NCBI GenBank assembly: GCA_966212385.1
Contig: CBIHRE010000001.1
Location: forward strand, 1-38,063
Origin: an uncultured Akkermansia sp.
GTDB lineage: Bacteria > Verrucomicrobiota > Verrucomicrobiia > Opitutales > Opitutaceae
DNA length: 38,063 bases
Direction of reading: 5' to 3'
In this document: piece by piece, positions 29,058-37,512 of the stretch
Position numbering within the stretch: position 1 is the first letter of the stretch
Layout: each line of letters opens with the position of its first letter
Made by a program: the position numbers and the translations under genes
The notes under the pieces: model-generated
What the model was told of the DNA's origin: nothing
Databases searched by the model: none
What the model saw: only the letters and a program-made list of their open reading frames with translations

Positions 29058-30370
29058 GCCTTGGCCTCCTTCGCGTCCACCCAGCCCAGTCCGAGCGCCC
29101 GCGCCGCTTTGCGCAGCGCCTTGGGCGCGGCGGCCGTGCCGACGACAAACTCCAAGGGCTGCCCGTGCTCCTCGTCGATCCGGCGCAGGAACGCCTCGTA
29201 GCCCTCGCCGCCCGCCTGGCGATGCACCTCGCGTCCATGCGCGCCCGCGTCTTTCGGCTCGGGCGCGCCGCCGGCGAGCGCGACCTCGTAATCCACATCG
29301 TCGGGCGTCGCCTTCGGCAGAACCGGCATCCCCTGCCCACTCTCCACCCACGCGAGGGCGCGGCGCCGCTTCGTGGGCGCGACATCGGTCGAACGCGCCG
29401 GTTTGCCCGGCAGGCGATGCGGCTCGCTGCGCCGGATCTTCCAACGATCTTGCAGCCAAAACACGTCCGCCGGGCTCACGCGCATCATCCGCTCCAGCAG
29501 GCGCATCACACCCGCCGTCGTCGGCTCGCCCGGCTCCATCGCGTGAAAACCCATTTCCCAGCGCCCCGCCCCGACCGTGCGCAGCGAGACGCCAACGACG
29601 GCCGCGCCCGTGCGACGCGCGAGGATCGCCGGGATCGGCGTGCAACTGGTCAGCCGTCCGAAAAACGGCACCAGCTCGCCGATCGTGCCCGCGCGCTGAT
29701 CGGCCAGCACGCCCAGCACGCCGCCGCGCCGCAGGAATCCCGCCATGCCGAGGGGACTATCGTCCTTGGAGAACAGCGAGATCCCGCGCCGCGCCCGCGC
29801 CGCCACGACCCGCGCGTTCATGATCGGGTTGTTCAGCGGGCGATACACCGTCGCGCCCTGCACACCCGGCGGCAGCAGCTTGGGAAACCACTGCGCGAGC
29901 GCCTCCCAGTTGCCCATGTGCGCCAGCACCATGACGACGCCCTTCCCTCGCGCCACGGCCTCGCGATACACGATCTCGTCGCGCACCAACAGCGCCCGCG
30001 CCAAGGACCGTTCCCCCATCTCCGCGGTGCGCAGCGAACACAGCAGGTTGGCCCCGCTCCGCTTGAAAACCTCGCGCGTCAGCGCCCGCAACTCCTCCGA
30101 CGTGCGCTCATCCGCGAAGGCGATGCGCAGGTTGCGCGCCACCACGCGACGGCGCTTGGCCAGGATCAACGCCGCGGCAGCTCCTGCAAGACGTCCGGCT
30201 CCCGCCACCCACGACAAAGGCAGGAGCCCGAGCCCCGTTTCCATCACCGCGTAGGCCGCCGTCTCCAGGCGCCACTTGAGACGCCGCGCCGCCGTCGGCC
30301 GGATCAACTCGCGCCGATACGCCGTCGCGTCGGCGGCGGGATCGGGGGAAGTGACAGGCTCGGAGGACAT
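29054..30370 (-). CDS. Lipid A secondary acyltransferase (LpxL/HtrB family) with C-terminal extension
   Basis: RRVVARNLRIAF, AHMGNWE (HX4E), YRPLNNP, LADQ, VPFFG, P.DVFWLQDRWK; then about 110 additional residues. Confidence 0.88.
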   Translation of the reverse strand: MSSEPVTSPDPAADATAYRRELIRPTAARRLKWRLETAAYAVMETGLGLLPLSWVAGAGRLAGAAAALILAKRRRVVARNLRIAFADERTSEELRALTREVFKRSGANLLCSLRTAEMGERSLARALLVRDEIVYREAVARGKGVVMVLAHMGNWEALAQWFPKLLPPGVQGATVYRPLNNPIMNARVVAARARRGISLFSKDDSPLGMAGFLRRGGVLGVLADQRAGTIGELVPFFGRLTSCTPIPAILARRTGAAVVGVSLRTVGAGRWEMGFHAMEPGEPTTAGVMRLLERMMRVSPADVFWLQDRWKIRRSEPHRLPGKPARSTDVAPTKRRRALAWVESGQGMPVLPKATPDDVDYEVALAGGAPEPKDAGAHGREVHRQAGGEGYEAFLRRIDEEHGQPLEFVVGTAAAPKALRKAARALGLGWVDAKEAKA

Positions 30371-30536
30371 CGCGGCGGGAAAAGAGAAGGAACGCGCGAG
30401 GCTTGGCCCCCCGCGCCCCGCCGGCAAGCCCCGGCGCAAATCGCCAAAACTCGCGCGCCACCGGCTTGCACCGCAGCCCTCGCGCTGCTTCCTCAGGCAC
30501 GCCTTCGGCTCAGGTTTTGCCTTCCTCTCCGACTCC

Positions 30537-30569
30537 GCTCCTCGCTCCCTGCTCCTCGCTTTCTGCTCC
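30537..30569 (+). repeat. Short heptamer tandem repeat directly before the oppD start
   Basis: GCTCCTC-GCTCCCT-GCTCCTC-GCTTTCT-GCTCC. Confidence 0.6.
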
Positions 30570-30571
30570 AA

Positions 30572-31549
30572 ATGCCGCTTCTCGACGTCTCCGACCTGCG
30601 CACCAGCTTTCACACCCGCGGCGGCGTTTTCCGCGCCGTCGACGGCGTGAGTTTCCAGCTCGAGCGCGGCGAAACCCTCGGCCTCGTCGGCGAATCCGGC
30701 TCCGGCAAATCCGTCACCTGCGCCTCCCTCCTCCGCCTCCTCCCCACCCCGCCCGCCCGCATCGAGGGAACCCACGCCAAGTTCGACGGCCTCGACCTCC
30801 TCCGCGCGACCGACCGCGAGATGCGCTCCATCCGCGGCAAGCGCATCGGCATGATTTTTCAGGACCCGATGACCTCGCTGAATCCCTACCTGCGGATCAG
30901 CGACCAGCTCATCGAACCGCTCCTCATCCACGAAAAAATCTCCCGCAAAGCCGCCCTCGATCGCGCCCTGCAAATGATGCAGGCCGTCGGCATCAACGAC
31001 GCCGTCAACCGCCTCCACGCCCACCCGCACCAGTTCTCCGGCGGCATGCGCCAGCGCGTCATGATCGCCATGGCGCTCATCGCCCGCCCCGAGCTCCTCA
31101 TCGCCGACGAGCCCACCACCGCCCTCGACGTGACGGTTCAGGCACAGATCCTCGAGCTCATCAAAAAACTCCAGAAAGAGATGGGCATGGCCGTCATCTT
31201 CATCTCGCACGACCTCGGCGTCGTTTCCGGCCTCTGCGACCGCGTCATGGTCATGTATGCCGGCCGCATCGTCGAGACCGCCGACGTCCGCAGCCTCTTC
31301 AAAAATCCCCGCCACCCCTACACCCGCGCCCTCCAGCGCTCCATCCCCGCCCTTCAGCCGAAAGGCGCCGAGCTCTACACCCTGCGCGGCCTCCCGCCCG
31401 ACCTTTCAAAACCCATCGCCGGCTGCCCCTTCGCCGAACGCTGCGAATTCGCCGCCGACAAATGTCGCGTCGGCCCCCCGCCCCCGCTCTTCGACCAAGC
31501 CCCCGGCCACGCCCACGCCTGCATCCGCGCCAAAGACGGCGAGATTTGA
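30572..31549 (+). CDS. oppD: Oligopeptide/dipeptide ABC transporter ATP-binding protein (OppD/DppD type)
   Basis: GESGSGKS, MIFQDPMTSLNP, FSGGMRQRVMIA, IADEPTTALDVTVQAQIL, HPYT, GCPFAERC. Confidence 0.92.
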   Translation: MPLLDVSDLRTSFHTRGGVFRAVDGVSFQLERGETLGLVGESGSGKSVTCASLLRLLPTPPARIEGTHAKFDGLDLLRATDREMRSIRGKRIGMIFQDPMTSLNPYLRISDQLIEPLLIHEKISRKAALDRALQMMQAVGINDAVNRLHAHPHQFSGGMRQRVMIAMALIARPELLIADEPTTALDVTVQAQILELIKKLQKEMGMAVIFISHDLGVVSGLCDRVMVMYAGRIVETADVRSLFKNPRHPYTRALQRSIPALQPKGAELYTLRGLPPDLSKPIAGCPFAERCEFAADKCRVGPPPPLFDQAPGHAHACIRAKDGEI

Positions 31550-31637
31550 ACCGCGAATAAACGCGAATTCACACGAATTCCCAATCCCTCGACAGCATCC
31601 TCCGACCATTCGCGTCTATTCGCGTCCATTCGCGGTT
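31549..31637. repeat. 89-bp inverted-repeat element whose arms are 3 x 10-bp tandem units
   Basis: Left arm AACCGCGAAT-AAACGCGAAT-TCACACGAAT; right arm ATTCGCGTCT-ATTCGCGTCC-ATTCGCGGTT; it fills the oppD-oppF spacer. Confidence 0.85.
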
Positions 31638-31641
31638 AAAA

Positions 31642-32622
31642 ATGTCTTCGCCATCTCCCATCCTCGAACTCCGCGACGTCCGCACGCATTTCCCCGTCGA
31701 GCGCGGCCTGATTTTCAAGAAGCACGTCGGCACCGTCAAAGCCGTCGACGGCGTCAACCTCACCCTCGGCCGCGGCGAAGTCCTCGGCCTCGTCGGCGAA
31801 TCCGGCTGCGGCAAATCCACCCTCGCCCGCACCATCATGGGCCTCCTCCCCGCCACCGGCGGCAGCGTCTGGCTCGAGGGCAAAAACATCACCGAATCCG
31901 CCGCCGAGGGCGACGCCCGCCGCGCGCTCCAGATGGTTTTCCAAGACCCCTTCGCCTCGCTCAACCCGCGCATCAACGTCGCCGAGGCCCTCGCCGAGCC
32001 GCTCCGCGTGCACCGCCTCCGGCCCGCCTCCGAGATCCCCGCGCGCGTCGCCGAACTCGCCGCGCTCGTCGGCATCCCCGCGCGCAACCTTTCCAAATAC
32101 CCGCACGAGTTCTCCGGCGGCCAGCGCCAGCGTATCGCCATCGCCCGCGCCCTCGCCCTCGAGCCGCGCATCATCGTCGCCGACGAACCGGTCTCGGCCC
32201 TCGATGTCTCCATCCAGGCGCAGATCCTCAACCTCCTCGCCAAGCTCGTGCGCGAGCTCGGTCTCAGCCTCGTCTTCATCGCCCACGACCTCTCCGTCGT
32301 GAAACACCTCTCCGACCGCGTCGCCGTCATGTATCTCGGCAAGATCGTCGAGCTCGGCCGCGCCGAGGACGTGATCGAGCGACCGCAACACCCCTACACG
32401 CGAGCCCTCGTCAGCGCCGTGCCACGTCCCGACCCCGAAGGCGAACGTGCCCGCCAGCGCATCGTCCTCGCCGGCGATCCGCCCAGCCCGCTCAACCCTC
32501 CCCAAGGTTGCCCCTTCCACCCGCGCTGCCCCCACGCGCAGGAAAAGTGCAAGCAGGTCGTCCCGCCCCTCGCCCCCTACGCCGGCCGCGACGCCGCCTG
32601 CATCCGCCTCGGCGAGATCTGA
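31642..32622 (+). CDS. oppF: Oligopeptide/dipeptide ABC transporter ATP-binding protein (OppF/DppF type)
   Basis: [73 protein letters not shown]. Confidence 0.93.
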   Translation: MSSPSPILELRDVRTHFPVERGLIFKKHVGTVKAVDGVNLTLGRGEVLGLVGESGCGKSTLARTIMGLLPATGGSVWLEGKNITESAAEGDARRALQMVFQDPFASLNPRINVAEALAEPLRVHRLRPASEIPARVAELAALVGIPARNLSKYPHEFSGGQRQRIAIARALALEPRIIVADEPVSALDVSIQAQILNLLAKLVRELGLSLVFIAHDLSVVKHLSDRVAVMYLGKIVELGRAEDVIERPQHPYTRALVSAVPRPDPEGERARQRIVLAGDPPSPLNPPQGCPFHPRCPHAQEKCKQVVPPLAPYAGRDAACIRLGEI

Positions 32623-32629
32623 CCCCGCC

Positions 32630-32658
32630 TTGGAGGGCGGCGCTCCGTCGCCGCCTTT
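32630..32658 (+). repeat. 29-bp palindromic repeat, copy 1 (GGAG-tagged REP or terminator-like)
   Basis: TTGGAGGGCGGCGCTCCGTCGCCGCCTTT, identical to 37071-37099; stem GGCGGCG/CGCCGCC. Confidence 0.85.
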
Positions 32659-32837
32659 CCTGACGACCGCGCCCCCAAGCACCCCGGGGCCCATCCCGCC
32701 GGCCCGAAGCCGCCGACGACGCTTGCCGCCACCTTCGTCCCGGCCCGCAAGCCCGTGTTGCCAGCTAACGCGAAGACGGCTAACACCCCGGCTCCCCCTG
32801 CGTGCCCGGCAACCCCGTCGGGCCCGCTCCCGTTGCC

Positions 32838-35800
32838 ATGCCCCTTGCCGCTCGCCCCTCGTTCCGTCCGCTACGGAACCCTTTTTCCCGCGCTATCCGC
32901 CCTTTCCTCGGCCTCTTCACCGGAATTTGTGCCGTCGCCGCCCTCCCCTCCGCGCACGCCCAGACCGCCGCCGCCGTGATCAACGAGCTCAACTACGCCC
33001 CGAGCGGCACCGCCAACCCCGCCGAGTTCATCGAGCTGCACAACCCCGGCGCCACCCCGCTCGATCTCTCCGGCTGCAAATTCGACTCCGGCGTCGACTA
33101 CATCTTCCCCGCCGGCACCACCCTCCCCGCCCACGGCTACCTCGTCGTCTCCGGCGCCCCCGCCGCCTTCGCCACCCGTTGGGGCTTCACCCCGCTCGGC
33201 CCCTGGACCGGCAAGCTCAGCAACGAGGGCGAACGCGTCCGCCTCCGCGACGCCGCCGACGCGATCCTCGACAGTGTTACCTACGGTGCCGGCTTCCCCT
33301 GGCCCACCGCCGCCCGCGGCGACGGCTCCTCCATGGAGCTCATCAACCCCTCCCTCGACAACGACCTCGCCGGCTCCTGGCGCTCCTCCGGCCAGCCCGT
33401 CGGCGTCACCCAGCCCCAGGTCTACGTGCCCGCCAACGACGTCGCGTGGCGCTACCGCAAAGGCACGAGCGAGGCGTCCGCCCCCGTCGCCGCCTGGCGC
33501 GAGCTCGGCTTCGCCGAGGACGCGTCCTGGCAGACCGGCCAGACCTCCGTCGGCTTCGGCGACAACGACGACCACACCCTCCTCACCGACATGGTCGGCG
33601 CCTACTCCTCGCTCTACCTGCGCCGCGTCTTCACCATCCCCGCCGGCGGCCGCCCCTCCGCGCTCAAGCTCCGCGTCCGCGTCGACGACGGCTGCATCGT
33701 CTGGATCAACGGCCACGAGGTCGCCCGCCCACACGTCGACGCCGCCCTCTCGCCCACCGACGACTCCCTCGCCCAAAACCACGAGGCCGATCTCGTCGCC
33801 TTCGAGGAGTTCACCCTCTCCGGCGCCGACGCCTACCTCGTCGAGGGCGACAACGTCATCGCCGTCCAGGCCTTCAACTCCACCCTCGTGAGCAGCGACT
33901 TCACAATCGACGTCTCGCTCGAGGAGTCCTTGTCCGCCGCCGCGTCCTCCGCCCCCACGCCCGGCGCCGTCAACTCCTGCGCCGCCGTCAACGCCCCGCC
34001 CGCCGTCCGCCAGGTCGCCCACACTCCGCTCGTCCCCGCCGCCGGCGCCTCCGTCACCATCACCGCCAAGGTCACCGACCCGGACGGCGTCGCCTCCGTC
34101 TCCTGCCTCTACCAGCTCGTCTCGCCCGGCGCCTACATCCGCAAGACCGACGCCGCCTACGCCACCGGCTGGACCACGCTCGCCATGCGCGACGACGGCA
34201 CGAACGGCGACGCCCTCGCCGCCGACGGCGTCTACACCGCCCTCATCCCCGCGTCGGCCCAGACCCACCGCCGCCTCGTCCGCTACCGCATCCAGGCGAC
34301 GGATACGGCCGCCGCCTCGATCACCGTCCCCTACGCCGACGACGGCAGCCCCAACTTCGCCTACTTCGTCTATAACGGCACCCCCGCCTGGACCGGCGCT
34401 TTCAACCCTGGCGTCACCTCCGCCGTCACCTACCCGCCCGCGCTCCAGGACTCGCTCCCCGTCTACCAACTCGTCGCCAACTCCGCCGACGTGACCAACA
34501 GCCAATACAACTCGTCCTACAACGGCCAGCGCTTCCCCGGCACCCTCGTCTACGAGGGCGTCGTCTACGACCACATCCAGTTCAACAACCGCGGCGAGGC
34601 CTCCACCTACGTCTCCGGCAAAAACAAGTGGCGCTTCCACTTCAACCGCGCCCGTGACCTCGCCGCCCGCGACAACTGGGGCCGCCCCTACGCCGAGACC
34701 TGGGACGAGCTCAACCTCAACGCCTGCGCCAGCCCCTGGGCCGCCGTCCACCGCGGAATGGCCGGCGTCGAGGAGGCCGTCTCCCTCCGCCTCTACGAGC
34801 TCCTCGGCATGGCGTCTCCAAAATCCCACTACCTCTGTTTCCGTGTCGTCGACGACGCCTCCGAGACCGGCCCCACCCAGTTCCAGGGCGGCGATCCCGC
34901 CGGCGTCTCCGGCGACCTCTGGGGCCTCTACCTCGCCGTCGAACACCCCGACGGCTCCTTTCTCGACGAGCGCGGCCTCCCCGACGGCAACATCTACAAG
35001 ATCGAGTCCAGCCTCGGCGACATGAAGCACCACGGCGACGGCCAGCCCGAGGACGGCTCCGACTGGAACGCCTTCCTCGCCGCCGCCAAGACCACCCAGA
35101 CCGAGGCTTGGTGGCGCGCAAACATGGACCTCCCCGCCTACTACAATTTCCACGCCGGCAACCGCATCCTCGGCAACATCGACCTTCGCTACGGCTTCAA
35201 CCACTGCTTCTACCACGCCCCCGACGGCCGCTGGGCCGTCATCCCGTGGGACCTCGACATGATGTTCATACCCAAGACCCACTGGAGCGGCATCATCGAC
35301 CAAAACAACTGCCTCTCCCTGCCCGTCCTCAAGATCGAGTTCCAAAACCGCGCCCGCGAGCTGCTCGACCTCGTCTGCGAAGATGCCACCCCCGCCGGCG
35401 GTCAGATTGGCCAGCTCGTCGACGAATACGCGCAAAAGGTGAAACCCGCCGGCGCCTCCCCCTCCTTGGCCGACCTCGACGCCGCCATGTGGAACCAAAA
35501 CCCGCGCACCAACAGCACGCCCTCCAACGCCCAGACCAACCACCGCGGCAACTTCTTCGCCACCCCTTACGTCGACAGCCGCTTCGGCGGCACTTGGACA
35601 CGCACCCTCGCCACCGCGGACTTCGCGGGCTCGATGAAATATCTCGTCGACTACGCCACCAACACCTTCCCCTCCGGCTCCACCTGGGCCGTCAACAACG
35701 GCGACCAACGCGGCTACGGCTACCGTTACCTCCTCCAAGAATCGACCGACGCCGCGGTCCCCGCGCGCCCCGTCGCCACCTACCTCGGCGCCGCCTCCTT

Positions 35801-37058
35801 CCCGCTCGACGACCTACGCTTCTCCTCCTCCGCCTACTCCGGCACCAACGCCTTCGCTGCCGTCCAGTGGCGCGTCGGCGAACTCTCCGCCCCCGGCATC
35901 GCCCTCCACGACCCTGCCCGCCCGCGCATCTACGAGGTCACCGACGTCTGGCGCTCCTCCGAGCTTGCCGCCAACGCCACCGTGTCCATCCCCGCCAACT
36001 CCCTCGTCCCCGGCCACACCTACCGCGCCCGCGTCCGCCACAAGGACGCCACCGGCCGCTGGAGCCGCTGGTCGCCCGCCATCCAGTTCACCGCGACCCC
36101 CGCGCGCACCGCCGTCACCCGCGACCAGCTCGTCATCACCGAGATCATGTATAACCCGCCCGCCCTCTCCGCCTCCGAGACCGGCGCCGGCTACACCGAC
36201 AAACAGCTCTTCGAATACATCGAGCTGATGAACATCTCCCCGCAGACGCTCGACCTCGGCGGCGTCGCCTTCACCGCGGGTGTCACCTACACCTTCGCCG
36301 ACGGCGTCCTCCTCGCCGCCGGCGAACGCCTCGTCCTCGCCAAAAACGCCACCGCCCTCGCCGCCCGCTACGGCGCCGGCGGCGCGCTTTCCGGCCGAGT
36401 CGCCGGCGAATATTCCGGCAGCCTGGACAACTCCGGCGAACGCCTGACGCTTTCCTCACTCGGCCAACCCGTGCACGACCTCACCTATTCGGACGGCACC
36501 CACCCCGCCGTCGGCCAAACGGTCGACCCCTGGCCCACGTCCCCCGACGGCACCGGCCCCAGTCTCGTGCTCATCAATCCCCGCCTCGCGCCCGACCACG
36601 CCCTCGCGTCCAACTGGCGCCCGAGCCTCGGCACCGCCCGCCCCGGCGCGCCCGACCCCGTCCTCTACGGCGAATGGTCCGCGCGCCACCCCGGCCTCGG
36701 CGCGTCCGCCGACGACCCCGACGGCGACGGCCTCTCCAACCTCGCCGAATACGCCCTCGGCACCTCGCCGCTTTCCCCCGGCGGCCCCGCGCCCCAACAA
36801 GCCTCGTCCGATTCCTTCGTGGTCGGCGGCGCCCCCGCCGCGCCCTACCTCGTCTTCTCCGTCACCCGCTCGACCGAGCCCGGCGACCTTACCCTCGCCC
36901 CTGAGTTCTCGCCCGACATGCAAACCTGGACTCCCGGCGGCGTCCTCGTTGAGAGCATCCCGAACCCCGACGGCACCGTGACCGAACGCTGGCGCGCCAA
37001 CGATCCGCTCGGCGCCCAACCGCGCGCCTTCGCCCGCCTCCGCATCACCGCCCCCTGA
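32838..37058 (+). CDS. Secreted multidomain protein: lamin-tail domains plus CotH kinase-like domain plus C-terminal Asp-rich/sorting-like domain
   Basis: Signal peptide ending AHA-Q; two LTDs (VINELNY..EFIELHN; LVITEIMYNP..EYIELMN); MRDDGTNGDALAADGVYTA; CotH-like RGEAS..KNKWRFHFN, GLYLAVEHPD, IPWDLDMMF; DPDGDGLSNLAEYALG; ends AFARLRITAP. Start ATG 32838 preferred over GTG 32802. Confidence 0.88.
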   Translation: MPLAARPSFRPLRNPFSRAIRPFLGLFTGICAVAALPSAHAQTAAAVINELNYAPSGTANPAEFIELHNPGATPLDLSGCKFDSGVDYIFPAGTTLPAHGYLVVSGAPAAFATRWGFTPLGPWTGKLSNEGERVRLRDAADAILDSVTYGAGFPWPTAARGDGSSMELINPSLDNDLAGSWRSSGQPVGVTQPQVYVPANDVAWRYRKGTSEASAPVAAWRELGFAEDASWQTGQTSVGFGDNDDHTLLTDMVGAYSSLYLRRVFTIPAGGRPSALKLRVRVDDGCIVWINGHEVARPHVDAALSPTDDSLAQNHEADLVAFEEFTLSGADAYLVEGDNVIAVQAFNSTLVSSDFTIDVSLEESLSAAASSAPTPGAVNSCAAVNAPPAVRQVAHTPLVPAAGASVTITAKVTDPDGVASVSCLYQLVSPGAYIRKTDAAYATGWTTLAMRDDGTNGDALAADGVYTALIPASAQTHRRLVRYRIQATDTAAASITVPYADDGSPNFAYFVYNGTPAWTGAFNPGVTSAVTYPPALQDSLPVYQLVANSADVTNSQYNSSYNGQRFPGTLVYEGVVYDHIQFNNRGEASTYVSGKNKWRFHFNRARDLAARDNWGRPYAETWDELNLNACASPWAAVHRGMAGVEEAVSLRLYELLGMASPKSHYLCFRVVDDASETGPTQFQGGDPAGVSGDLWGLYLAVEHPDGSFLDERGLPDGNIYKIESSLGDMKHHGDGQPEDGSDWNAFLAAAKTTQTEAWWRANMDLPAYYNFHAGNRILGNIDLRYGFNHCFYHAPDGRWAVIPWDLDMMFIPKTHWSGIIDQNNCLSLPVLKIEFQNRARELLDLVCEDATPAGGQIGQLVDEYAQKVKPAGASPSLADLDAAMWNQNPRTNSTPSNAQTNHRGNFFATPYVDSRFGGTWTRTLATADFAGSMKYLVDYATNTFPSGSTWAVNNGDQRGYGYRYLLQESTDAAVPARPVATYLGAASFPLDDLRFSSSAYSGTNAFAAVQWRVGELSAPGIALHDPARPRIYEVTDVWRSSELAANATVSIPANSLVPGHTYRARVRHKDATGRWSRWSPAIQFTATPARTAVTRDQLVITEIMYNPPALSASETGAGYTDKQLFEYIELMNISPQTLDLGGVAFTAGVTYTFADGVLLAAGERLVLAKNATALAARYGAGGALSGRVAGEYSGSLDNSGERLTLSSLGQPVHDLTYSDGTHPAVGQTVDPWPTSPDGTGPSLVLINPRLAPDHALASNWRPSLGTARPGAPDPVLYGEWSARHPGLGASADDPDGDGLSNLAEYALGTSPLSPGGPAPQQASSDSFVVGGAPAAPYLVFSVTRSTEPGDLTLAPEFSPDMQTWTPGGVLVESIPNPDGTVTERWRANDPLGAQPRAFARLRITAP

Positions 37059-37070
37059 AGCGCCCGCCCA

Positions 37071-37099
37071 TTGGAGGGCGGCGCTCCGTCGCCGCCTTT
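37071..37099 (+). repeat. 29-bp palindromic repeat, copy 2
   Basis: Identical to 32630-32658; lies between the convergent CotH and MazG-like genes. Confidence 0.85.
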
Positions 37100-37128
37100 T
37101 CCCCGCCGCGCCTCCTCAGCTTTTGGGC

Positions 37129-37512
37129 TCATAGCTCCGTATACTTCGCGCTCCGCCCCTTCGCCTTCGCCACCGGATACTTCGCCGCGTTCTGCGCCAT
37201 CTTCCGCTCGATCGCCGCCGCCACGTCGATCCCGGTCATGTTGGCGAACTCCAGCGCGTAGATCACCACGTCCGCCAGCTCCTCCTCGATCTTCGCGAGC
37301 CGCGCCGGGTCCTTCGCCACCTTCTCGCGCGAAGCCTCGGGCGTGTCCCACAGAAAGTGCTCCATCAGCTCCCCCGCCTCCGCCGCAAGCGCCATGCTCA
37401 GGTTCTTCGGCGCGTGAAACTGCTCCCAATCCCGCTCGTGTGCGAAAGCCAGCACCCGCGCCTTGATCTCCCCGAGCGTCGCCGTCGCGTCCTTTAAGCC
37501 GGTGGTTTCCAT
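37129..37512 (-). CDS. MazG-like nucleotide pyrophosphohydrolase (dCTP pyrophosphatase type)
   Basis: FAHERDWEQFHAPKNLSMALAAEAGELMEHFLW, EEELADV, KMAQNAAKYP, KYTEL; GGAGG immediately upstream of ATG 37512. Confidence 0.93.
   Translation of the reverse strand: METTGLKDATATLGEIKARVLAFAHERDWEQFHAPKNLSMALAAEAGELMEHFLWDTPEASREKVAKDPARLAKIEEELADVVIYALEFANMTGIDVAAAIERKMAQNAAKYPVAKAKGRSAKYTEL

Noticed and set aside
22493..31549. Long N-terminal extensions in the ORF track for hldD, gmhB, ELM1, the acyltransferase and oppD
   Set aside because: They overlap neighbouring genuine genes in other frames; internal ATGs, several with ATGA coupling, give family-typical lengths.
31549..31637. Possible CRISPR or mini-array
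   Set aside because: Units are 10 bp, adjacent and inverted, with no unique spacers and no cas genes.
32871..35738. 955-aa minus-strand ORF
   Set aside because: Antisense shadow of the CotH gene; its V/G/E/D-rich composition mirrors C-ending codons.
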